From: Heteronotia binoei | Taxonomy: Eukaryota | Direction: 5' to 3' | NCBI RefSeq assembly: GCF_032191835.1 | Contig: NC_083230.1 | Location: forward strand, 48,918,001 to 48,982,000 | DNA length: 64,000 bases | In this document: one piece after another, positions 1-11,075 of the stretch | Position numbering within the stretch: position 1 is the stretch's first letter | Layout: each line of letters starts with the position of its first letter | Position numbers and translations under genes: made by a program | The notes under the pieces: model-generated | Seen by the model: only the letters and a program-made list of their open reading frames with translations | Told to the model about the DNA's origin: nothing | Databases searched by the model: none

Positions 1-98
1 AGGGTGGACAACAGACTTACTGGGCAGTAATTAATCACGTCCATTGGGTGCCCCTTTTTATATGTTCTCTAATTATTGTACTGTGCCAGACTTCAAGC

Positions 99-164
<66 letters not shown>
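99..164. repeat. (ATA)n microsatellite, about 22 units; tail of the adjacent L2 3' end
   Basis: Uninterrupted ATA run from 99 to 164; it explains the poly-Ile ORF 48..323. Confidence 0.95.
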
Positions 165-222
165 TTTTATTTTTATATCCCGCCCTCCCCGCCAGGCGGG
201 CTCAGGGCGGCTAACAGACATG
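165..222 (-). mobile_element. 3' terminus of an L2-clade LINE (or L2-tailed SINE)
   Basis: Minus strand reads TGTTAGCCGCCCTGAGCCCGCC...GGGCGGGATATAAAAAT followed by (TAT)n, the typical squamate L2 tail as I recall it. Confidence 0.55.
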
Positions 223-914
223 GGAGTCCCATGATTCACATACTTCTTGTTTTGTTGATATCAGTAAAGACTGAAGCCAATATCGCCCCCCCCCCCGCCC
301 CGGTCTGGGTCAACCTTAAATAATTCTGCTGATATTTGGTCAGGACCAGGTGCTTTCCCTTTTTGTTGTTGTTTGATCAAAATCCTGACCCTGCTAGCTG
401 TTACTGGGGGCCACTCCATCATATCCTGTGACAGCTTTGGCCTGCCGTCTGGTATCTCTCTGTTTTAACAATACAGAATGGTCAGCTGTGCCCTGTTTTG
501 TGATGGCTGACAGCGTTGTTAATATACTTGTGGGCAAAATATTTCTATAAAAATATTTTCATAAGGTAGTCATCTCACTGAAACATTTATTTACCACATT
601 AGAATTGGTTTTTCTAGGAGACTAAGATTTCTTGTTCTGGCTGCAATGCACATTGTCACTTTCCAAAAGTTACCTAATCTCTTCTGCTTCAGTTTCTCCA
701 ACTTTGGGACTATTAAATAATATAATGTATGTTATAATATACATATAAAATATAAAATCGTATATCTAATTTTCAAGATGGACCCACCATAACAAAAATC
801 CGCACAGTGGAGCCACACAAAAATAAGGGAGATGTTTCTACATACTTGGGGGAACACCCAGGCATGATGAAAAATCTGAACCCATCCTTGCCTGTGCAAG
901 AGTGGGCTTACAAA

Positions 915-1256
915 ACTATTTTAATGCATTTAATAGTTATTGTCAATGTAATTCACTCTCAATCAATTACTAAAGTAGTAATATTTTTCAAAAGTTGACA
1001 CCTGCAGAAGTGGCCAATTGGTAACTTGCAAATTAAGCAAGTCATGTGCTTTAAATATTTAGGAATCACTTTTAATTTTAATCTCAGTTGGGTAACACAT
1101 CACAACAGGGCAATTAACCTGGCCAAATGTTCTTCATCTAAAAAAAACAATTTTATTTTAGAAAGGGTAACCAATGTGTTTCTGCTGCAATAAAAGTATT
1201 CAACACTATAACATTATCACAGATCTTTTATGGTATTCCCATATGGATTGATGCAT
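915..1256 (+). mobile_element. Decayed non-LTR retrotransposon ORF2 (RTE-X-like), left part
   Basis: Translates CFKYLGITFNFNLSWVTH (RT C-terminal motif, TTT at 1050) and IFYGIPIWIDA, ending exactly at the insertion at 1257. Confidence 0.7.
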
Positions 1257-3312
1257 GGGCAGCCCAGTCCTGAGAACCGCCGTGTGGCTGCGCTCAAGTG
1301 TAGAACTAGCGTAGGCAGCCGCAGTCAGCTCCCAAAGGAGAGACATCACACCAAGTGGGGAGGGAGAGCGCAGGCAGACGAGTGAGAGAGAAGCTGTCGC
1401 CATGATGATTCCGCCCATGCCCACGCCATTGGCCTGCTGCCGAGGCAGGGGTGGGGGAGGGTCAGGGTTGTGCAGGACCATGCGATTGGCCAGCCCATTG
1501 TATGTGACTGGGAGAGGGGGTGGAAAGCCTGCGCCTAAGAAGCTGTTAATCCCCTCACACCCTCCTGCTGTCAGAGACTCTGCCAATGGCAGGCAGACGG
1601 GCAGAGGCATGTGCAGACACACAGGAAGCATAAGTGCAGGAGTTCGCTGCCATAGACAGCAGCTGGAATGTGTGTCTGGAAGTGAGCAGACCACCAAGTC
1701 CAGCAGACACCCCTCCCCTCCCAGAGACCCCCTGTGTTGCCCTGCCGCCCCCTGCTATGTGCATGGAACACCTCCCCCGGGGGCCGCAGAGTGCAAGCCA
1801 CTGGGCATGCATCCACTTCATAAGCCTCCCCTTTGTGCCCTGCACACAACAGCCCTGTGGGGTCAGGTAAGCTGTCAGCCCAGCCAGGCTGAGGGGCAGC
1901 AAACCCCCTCCCCTGTCCAGCCACACAGGGGCAGCATGGTGGCTCATAGCCCTCTCCCCACCCACCCCCAAAAAACCAAGTGTACCTACCCTCCCAGGCA
2001 TTCCCTCAGAGAGGCCACTGACAGAGTGAGGGGGGAGGTGCCCAGGGAATGTGCAGCAGATGCCAAGCAGGAGAGACAACGGAGGGAACAGCTCAGACTT
2101 TATTGTTTCGGTGCACGTTGGGCAGTCTCACCAGGGGCGGGGCTCCATTCAGAGCGGCGGGCAGGAACAGCTGAGAGAATGGGGGAGTGGAGTGCCACAC
2201 ACGGAAGCCTCTGTGTTGGATTCCCACCTGCAAAACAGAAACAGAGATCAGGAGCAACTGCAGGGGCGGCAGCTGGAGGAGCAGGCTGCATTTCACTCTC
2301 ATAAAAAGACAGTCTCTGACTCCCCTCCCCACATCACGGCAGCTGCCAGACCCTCCCCCCCCCTCCCTTGGCAAGGCGGGACCGCGGCAGAGGACAGACC
2401 AAGGGAAGGGAGCAGGCAGCAGCACAGGGGAGCGGGGCTAGCAAAAGCTTCTTACCTGAGCCCACTGCCTGGTTCAAGTGCCAGAGATGCTCACACACCA
2501 CCCAGTCTTGAACGAGGGGAGGGGGAGGACAGTGGTGGTGTACAGTTGCACTTATTCAGCCATGGGCGACAGTCCTAGCACGCTGAGCCTCCGGGAGTCG
2601 GGAAACTGTGGAAACCTGGAAACAAGAGCAGTTAGCCCCAGGGGAGAGACCTTGCTCTTCCCCTCGCAAGTCAAAGCAATCAAGCAGTGTAGAGCCCGTC
2701 ACAAATGTGCCTGTCCTTCGCTCTAAGTCCGCGTGGCTGGGAGCTCCCTGGCAGAGCACCTTGCCCCGCGCACCTGTCCTTAACAACTCAGTTGTGCGAG
2801 GCCAGAGCAGAAGTATTTCTAGGAGGGGGGGAATGGCGATTGGCTGTTGGGGAGGGGGCTCGTCAGCCCAGAGCGCAAGAGGATTGGTGAGGCAATTACT
2901 CCACTCCCTACGGGGTTTGCGAACTCCCGTGGCGGCGGGGGCAACTTTGTTTTCAGTTTCAATGACTGCCTATAGGATACGCCGCTGTTTTTGCAGACGT
3001 AACTTTACACCTCTCGGGAGGGCATGTCATGGCCCGAACTCCTTAGGGAGCCACCTAAGCCTGGCCGTACCCCCGACTCCACCCCCTCCTGCACTGGAGC
3101 ACCTCGCTCCGCCACACTTCTGCCAACACTCAGGCGCAGCCCTCAGGCACCACTGCTCTTGGGCAGGGCGGCACTCCGGCAGCCCCATGCCAATGTAAGT
3201 CCCCTCCGCCATGGCGGAGCTGGACTTATGTAGGCACAAATGCTACTTGCACCAGCGTAGTGGATCATCTGCTCCCAAAACACTTTCCGCCCCCGCCCTT
3301 AGGATTGTGCTC
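1257..3312. mobile_element. ~2.06-kb GC-rich non-autonomous TIR element, copy 1 (family unassigned, possibly PIF/Harbinger-like)
   Basis: Left end (GGG)CAGCCCAGTCCTGAG; right end CTTAGGATTGTGCTC (reverse complement GAGCACAATCCTAAG), an imperfect ~15-bp TIR. Collinear with 11076-13135. Interrupts a LINE reading frame. No transposase motifs. Confidence 0.75.
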
Positions 3313-4165
3313 TTAATTGGAAAGTGGGGGCAATTCAAGAATTATTCTTTAGACAAGTTTGGGGGGGGGCCTAAGTGTGACTCATATTTTATACGTTGTT
3401 CAAAAATGGGACAATCTTTGATTGGATTTGATTGGCGTGGATTATAACTTTCAAATTCTGACTCAAAATTTATTTCAGAGCTGAGCCTGGTAGCTTACTT
3501 ATTTAAAGAGTGATCCTTATAATGCAGCATGGTTAACTTAACTGGAATTGTGTCCAAACTCAAACAGATAGGAATTGCAGTAGATGATTTATTTTAGTCA
3601 GATGAATCACATTGTTTGAGATTTATTAAACAGAGACTTAGATCTAGAATACCAAAATTTTTGTCCTGACCAGCCTTACACTTATTCTCCTGCTTCATTA
3701 GGTCTCAACATTCAGTCTGGAAAAATGTCCCATTATTTATATGACCTTGAGATTCCTTCTCAATGCAGGGCTTTTGTGTTGGTTAGAATGAATGCATTCT
3801 CTTTCAACCTTCTCCATGAGAGATACCAACATGTTCCTTTTAATGGGAAACTTTGTCCCTGTGAAGTGAACCTTCCTGAATCAATCTAACATATAATTTT
3901 TTATTGTCAGTTCTATGAAAGCCTACATAGGAATTTGTTTGAGAATTTATCCTATGTAATTGATCTAAGGAAGAAGGTAATCAATTGTCAGTTCCTATTG
4001 AATGATTTGGTAGTGGAAGAGAAGTTGCAAAATTTTTAGAGGATATTCTGAAAAATTAAATCGAATTATGTTTTGTTATAAAATTGGTGTTCTTATTTTA
4101 ATCATGTGTATTTAACTTTTGTATATGATTTTAGTCTCATATATCAATAAAGTCTGTCTGTCTGT
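3313..4165 (+). mobile_element. Decayed RTE-X-like LINE, right part with 3' end
   Basis: Continues FNWKVGAIQELFFRQVW, later RAFVLVRMNAFSFNLLHERYQHVPFNGKLCPCEVNLPESI*HIIFYC (C-terminal Cys/His motif with an in-frame stop). Ends AATAAA(GTCT)n. Confidence 0.7.
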
Positions 4166-7047
4166 GAAAAATCTGAACTGGAGGCTTAACCCTCCCCCAG
4201 TAACTGAAGAAGTATCATCCCTCCCCCCCCGCAAAAAAGCCCCACATGCAAAGGATTTTTCTTGGTCAGGAGAAGGAAGCATAACCAGGAAAGTGAGAGA
4301 AGAGGAAAGCATACAACAGAAGAGCTGGGGAGCAGAGCAAGACAAGAGGAAGTGGTGGTCAGGGGGACAGGATATCCCCTGCAGTCCAACCACTCTTGCA
4401 TTATATAATATGTATAAAGTACACAAAAAACTCCAGGATTTATAGTTAATGGACACTGTAGAATAACTAGGTTGTCCCTTGTAATTATTTCATTTGCCAA
4501 ACTTTATTTTAGTAAGATGATCATTTTAAAGAACATACAACACTGAACATCCTTTGCTATCAATTTCACTATTTGAAGCTAAGTTTTCATTTATTAAAAA
4601 AGATGATGAACTTAATACTGAAAGCCCATGTAACCTTGAAAAAAGTAATCACTGCCAACTGATACCAGATTGCCTGTCTGAGTCTGCAGGCACCACAAAC
4701 TGTACTTACAAAATGTGTGACCCGTTTCAATAATCTCCCTCAGTGCCTTGCATACTCTGCACTTGACCATCCATGGGTGGCTGTTTTTCTTCTCTGCTGA
4801 ATTAATAGCTCAAAGAACAAACGAAGCAGCAACTCTCTCTCATTACCCAGGATTTTATTTTCAGTGCAAATGCAACATGAATCATTGTTTTAATTTATCA
4901 TTGACTTTCTATAACATTTTCCTGTACTTTACAGGTTTTGTTTTTCAGAAAACAAATTCAAACACAAGAACAGAATCCTAAAACAAAAACGTGCATGATA
5001 TATGGTTTTATGTAGAGCATGTACAATACTATGCTGGCTTTTGAAACAATGCTGGCCAAGAATGAACAGTAATGAAGAAGGAAGAAGAGCAGTATGTAAG
5101 GGCAGCGCTGATATTTCAAAGCCTCGGTGCAAGACTCAGGTCCATCTGCTTCACTTCAGTTGTGCTGTTCCTCAAAGCTGCATGCACAATTCTACTAACT
5201 TCTTCTCCTTTCTCATTCATAGCACACATTATTGTAAAAATAATCATCTTCTCATCTTACACTATTGAGAACTTCCATTGGGAGCTTTAGTTTTACTGGT
5301 GTTTCAACGGAAGGGTAAGAGTGAAAGTTGAGATCCCCATTTACCCTATAAAATGGGCTTCATGGCACATAACCAGATTAATGTTGCTATGGAATTTAGG
5401 GAGTGTTGCCATGGAAATATATTCCATTGTGCTGGGAAGTAGTGAGGATGGACAGCAAAAAAAATTTTTGTTCCCTAATAATTTTCTATGCAGGTCCACT
5501 TCAAAATCTGGATCCAGTTAATTCCTGAATTTAGGAGTGTTCTGACTCTATATCTGAAGCTTGAGCTTCTCATTTTACTGATAATTATTTCCTACATGCT
5601 GTAGTAACAGAAGTATTTCCCTCACTGGTAGCACAGTCCTATCTCTCCTACAGGCTGTAACTTGCCATACTTTAGCGAACTTGAGCTTCATGTTGATCAC
5701 TTCTGAAATCAAGCTGGGCATATAATTAAATCAATCATGTATTTGGACTATTTCAAATAAATGATGTACATTAAACATGTTTCTACTGATTTTCATCACG
5801 TTCTATCAACTGCCATCCAGAGTTTGCTTTTTTATCCTAGGTCACTGCAAATATATATGGGGGGACGGAGGGGGAGAGAGAGACTAGTGCTGGAATGTTC
5901 ATCTAATTTCACAAAGCAGCAGTTATAACCAAATGGGAATAAGAATAATTGGGGGAACACACATACAAAAGATCTAAACTAGTGAAAATATTAAAGTTCT
6001 GTACCTGTTGTGACAAACTTTATACTAATCACTAGTCCCTTGATTAAATACTCCTATGACATATCACTCGGTGCTAGGTGTGAACATTTTCTCTGATATG
6101 CAGACAATTATTCTTGTAAATTTTTCTTTAAGCAGCTATCATAAAATACATTTTAAACCCTGGAACTAGAAACAGACAGTGGGTTTAAGACCTGGAAATT
6201 GTATGACAAGAAATATCATTGCCAATTTTCATTATACATTAATTTCTTCAGTGTCCAAAACCTTTTTAGTACAGGCAATAGCAAAGTAAATTTGTGCACC
6301 TTAAGCAACAATGCTCTCTCCAGAGAATAAACTGTCTTCTGTACCCAGCCAGGATCATTAAAGCCACAGCGTGAGGGTTGTTACAGGGACCTGTTAATAT
6401 TGAAATGCTTGGGTCAATAGAATAAGGGCTGGTTCCAATCAGCTTTTCAGCTGATAATAAAGGAATGAAGGTACACCAAAAATGCTGTGCTAGGGATCAT
6501 GGAACCTGCATGGACAAGGGTGTGGAGAAATGCCTTGTTTCCTGGGAGGGTGGCAACAAGCAAGATCTCCATTCTGCATTTTAACCATTTTTTCTGAGTT
6601 AAGAATAAGCAGGAGAGGGGAGGAACTAACCCATGGCATTTCAGGCTCACCTCAGCTATCTCTTAAGGAATGCTAATGGATCTCTAGACAATGGGGTGGA
6701 CAAGCCCCCCCCCCCTTCTCCAGGGGTGTTCCTTGAGAACATAGAATTCTAGAGGGTTTCCAGGAAATAGATTCCTGGAGATCTCCAGGAAATGCCTCTT
6801 TGACCAGGAATGACCTGGTCAAGTGGGAGAAGACACATAGATAATAAAACTTCCTTTCAAGAGGAAGTCGCTCTCTTTCTTTTGGGGGCTACATATGAGG
6901 AGCAGGCAGATCTCTCCTCTGAACAGGCAGCCATTGATGACGTGTTCACCTCCAGAGCTGTGGAGATCATCAAGGTAATGGTAGTTTATAAAGATTTGTA
7001 TCTAGCTACATTATGATGGGCCTGTCCAATTTTAACATCAGTTAGGG

Positions 7048-7593
7048 CAGCGGGTGTCAAACGTGGCCTGGGAGCCAAATCAGGCCCCCAGAAGACTCCT
7101 ATCAGGCCCCCAATCAACTGGCTGTCATCTGCTTCCTTCTGAATAAGAGCTTGCTTTGCAGGGCTTGATCAATCTCACAGGAGCTACAGAGCAAAACCTC
7201 TATTTTCTCCTCCCTTGAGGAGGAATGGGGGAGGGATAGCTTGCTTTGCCAGGCTCTCTCAATCAAAAAGCAGAGCTACTGAGCCAAGCCTCTCTTCCTT
7301 CTATTGTGAGGCTCCTCCCCCTCCTGGTCCCCTGGGGAAGGAAGGAAAAAGCCAGAGTTTCCTTTGCCTAGTTCCCTGGATCCCATCGGAGAGATACAAA
7401 GAAAACACCTTGAAGACCAATGAGTGCTAATGTTTTAAGCATTTTTTTCTTTTTTTTTTTAAAAAAAACCTTTCATTGTGTTTGTCTGTGTCCTTTATAA
7501 AGTTTGTATCTCTGCTACCTAAACTTAAATAGAAACACACATGGCCCGGCCCGACAAATCAGGCCCTCATAACAAATGAGTTTGACACCCCTG
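7048..7593. mobile_element. hAT-type MITE, 546 bp
   Basis: TIRs CAGCGGGTGTCAAAC / GTTTGACACCCCTG; 8-bp TSD AGTTAGGG (7040-7047) vs AGTTAAAG (7594-7601), 6/8. Confidence 0.8.
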
Positions 7594-8055
7594 AGTTAAA
7601 GCACGAATACAGAAGGATTTGCATTTCTTACCAAATTTATTTTGTTTTCCTTGTTTGAATCTGGTGCTGTGCTAAAAGTATGCTTGTAAATATTCCCTTT
7701 TTAATAAATACTTTATAACTTTTAATTCTGACACTGGTTTTCTGTACCACATAGATTTCCACTGTCTAAGACACAATATTTTAAAAGGGAGCCCTGGAGG
7801 GGGGAAGGCAAGCAGTTGGCAACAGACTATTCCCCCAGAGGTGCAGCAAGCATGGAACTGTCCCCATGGTAGCCAGGGATTGGGCAGCAAGAGACACAGT
7901 GGCAACAAGGCCTCAGAACTGGGAAGGGGAGCTGGAAGCCCTGATCTTCTCAGTGGAAAATTCCTCTATTGATCAGGTGGTTGTAGCAGCTGCTCAAGAT
8001 TAAAAGAAAAGCCCTTCCAGGGAATTGGTTACCCCTAGGAGCGCATGGCAGAAAT

Positions 8056-8534
8056 TAGGGTTGCCAAGTCCAAGAAATATTTGGGCACTTTGGGAGTGGA
8101 GCCAGGAGCAAGGTTGTGACAAGCATAATTGAACTCCAAAGGGAATTCTGGCCATCACATTTAAAGGAACCACACACCTTTTAAATGCTTTCCCCCCATT
8201 GGAAATAATGAAGAATAGGGGCGCCTTCCTTTGGGGCTCATAGAACTGGACCCCCTGGCCCAATCCTTTTGAAACTTGACAGGTATTTGGGGAGAGACAC
8301 AGGATGCTATTTTGAAAATGTAGTGTCTCTACCTCAAAAACAGGGGCCCCCAGAGCCCCAGATACCCATGGATCAATTTTGCATTATATCCTATGGTAAT
8401 TTGTCTACATTGGGAATAATGGAGTGTCCAGCAGACATTTCCCTCCCTCTCCCCACTTTCTGATGAACCTGTAGTGAGGGGAGGACCTCCAAACTGAGGG
8501 ATCCCCTGTCCCCACCTGGGGATTGGCAACCCTA
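8056..8534. mobile_element. hAT-type MITE (TAGGGTTGCC TIR family), 479 bp
   Basis: TIRs TAGGGTTGCCAA / TTGGCAACCCTA; TSD GCAGAAAT (8048-8055) vs GCAAAAAT (8535-8542), 7/8. Confidence 0.82.
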
Positions 8535-10537
8535 GCAAAAATGGGGTCTGCAGGTCAAAGTTCTGCCCCAAAGGATAATGTAGTATACCAGTTGTGGAAG
8601 AACAATTAGGTAGGATAGACTGGAAAAACTTGCTGGATCCAGTCCCGAGTTAAGAATGAAGTAAAGGAATGCCACTGTGTGAGGCTGAAGTTTTCTCATG
8701 TTCTTCTCCTTTCCTGCAGCTTTCAACCTCCAGAACATTCCTCCCTGGGATTGCTGGATAATTGTGGAGGGACAGCTAAGTAGATCAGTGACTAGGACTG
8801 GGGACAGTGAAGGGAATGAAATTCTCAGAAGGAGCTGTGCTTGCAGAAGAAAAAGGATGTGCAATATCAACCCTTGACCTTTCACATTCCAGTACCCCCC
8901 AACTCACACGGCTATTCCTCTGCACATGATCCATGATCTTTCAAGGGTAGGAAAGGGTTGCAGCAACAAAGAAGAACAGTAGAAAATTCTGTGTTCCATG
9001 CACTGTGGTAACATACTACTCAGATTTTATTTTTACAATTTTTTTTGCCTGGGTTTTTTGTTTGTTTGTTTTGTACCCATTTTCCTAACTGTAGTTTCAC
9101 ATGTACATGCCTTCATTGGATACAATGTTAATACTTCACTTAGCATGAGTGAGTTACATCCAGGCCCACTCAGTCTGTCTTCTGCCACAGAAAATGGCCA
9201 GAAATCCTGTTTCTTGATCCAGTGTGATATGTAGAAGAATGCTGGTCCTGACATCTAAACTTGGAGGGGGGGGGGAGGAGAAAGTTCAAAATGGAAGCTT
9301 GTTAGCAATGAAGTTTATGTTGCTAGTCAAGCAATTCAGAATCTCTGCAGGATCACTTTCATCCTGGACTCCTTTATTCTGTGTGTCTGGAAGTTGCGAT
9401 GAGGTGTTCCAGAAGACCGTAGCCAGATTACAAAATGAAAAGAATGTTAAATGGAACAATGACATCACCCAGATTCTTAGTGTCAGAGGGTTGTAGGATC
9501 CAGCGTATCAAAACTATGGTTGCCATGGAGGAAGCAGGAGAATGTGATTGAAGGAAGTTCTGGGTCTTCGCTGCTTGGTGCTATTAATGAAAAGGACTGT
9601 CTGGGAACCCCTGAAAAACTTATGATAAATTTGTCCTTTGATACCCAATTAAGGAAACATGTTGTGACAGATGGGGGCTGGCTCAGGGCGCTAGCATCTT
9701 CATAATTCTTTCTCAACCAACCTGTAGATTTACAAATAGATTTTTATAAAGATAGCATCAGTCTACAGTGTACTTTCCTAGACAGGAAACTAGCCAAGCA
9801 GTAACTACCTCAAAATTCCTCACACTCAAGAAAGGAGAACAAAATGCTATTTTGCAGACATTGATGCTACTGACTTGAATCAGCAACACTAGCTTATGCC
9901 ACAAACTGAAAGAACTGTGTGATGATTCAAAGGACTGAGGGAAAGGGACAAATGGTTCTTGGTTTATTTGCCAAGAGGCAGATTGCTACACAGTGTAGTT
10001 TATGACCATTAGCTAATAAAATACTAATTCTGAGCTGTGATGTACAATAATGCAGATGCTTTTGGTTGTGCAGGGATCCCATACAACTGCCCGCTGTAAT
10101 CAGTTGAATAGGTTGTCCAAGAATTTTCCTCAAGGTATCTTATAAAAGAAAAGAACAACATTGTCTTCATTCAGTCAGGCTGGCACATCAGCCTGTGTGA
10201 GAAATTCATCTACATGATCTGAAAATGACAGCACTGGCTTCTTTGTAGGATAAAGCTTACCACAGTGGTACTCTTGCCAGTTCCTTTGGTTATATTCTGC
10301 TTACCCTGACAGTACTTGGTAACTTGATATCTATACTTAAGAGAGAAGCTCCTTAGCTTTCTTTTTTCTAGTACAAACACACACACTGGGCTTTGTGAAA
10401 GTCTGACTTTTGGAGAACCTCCCTTCCTGCCTGTCCTCTCTTTGAATTTCTCTGTTAATAAAACATAATTGCTTTGAAATAGATTCCAAATTTAAATACA
10501 TTATATATTCATACACACACACATTTACACATATACA

Positions 10538-10665
10538 TAGCACCTTAAAGACTAACAGATGCTCGAAGAGGTGAGCAGTGACTCAAGAAAGCTCATACCC
10601 TACCAGAAATGTTGTTAGTCTTTAACTCTTATTCTTTTCTACAGCTACAGACAGATTAACAGCTA
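10538..10665 (+). mobile_element. Penelope-like element terminal (pLTR) fragment with degenerate hammerhead motif
   Basis: CTCGAAGA-GGTGAG..CTCAA-GAAAGCTC-ATAC followed by TGTTAGTCTTTAA; preceded by the inverted segment TAGCACCTTAAAGACTAACA. Confidence 0.7.
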
Positions 10666-11075
10666 CAGATCTTTATACAGGACATTCTGATTTAATTGAT
10701 ATAACTGAAAATATTGACTACATATAAACCGAATCTATTGAAATTGGGGTATTTTGGTTACAAGTATTGTTTAAAAAATCACTGTGATGCCTGATTATAT
10801 ACAGAGTTAATAATTATTCATTAATTGTTGCATGTCAGTGATGAAATGTCACTGCACTTAGAAATGTTAAGATATTTTCAAAATACAAAAAAGGCGGACG
10901 AAAGAACAGATGGTCAATATGAAAATCACATATCCAGTGTTCAGAATTATCAAATGGCACTTTGGAAGAAATATGGGCACTTATGAAATCATTATGCGGA
11001 AAATTGAAATAACTAGTAAGGTTTTTTTGTCTGCACACTCAAGAAAGAAGGAGATTACATTTAAATATATTACAT

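Noticed and set aside
48-323. 91-aa ORF with a poly-Ile run
   Set aside because: Translation of the (ATA)n microsatellite and L2 tail.
1402-2304. 300-aa ORF, and the 274-aa (11913..12737) and 211-aa (11193..11828) ORFs
   Set aside because: They lie in the GC-rich repeated element, overlap ORFs in several frames, are Pro/Gly/Ala/Arg-rich, lack DDE or Myb motifs, and the frame is not preserved between the two copies.
8532-8885. 117-aa minus-strand ORF with a signal-peptide-like start
   Set aside because: Starts at a non-ATG codon, runs into a MITE boundary, no recognisable family or supporting splice structure.
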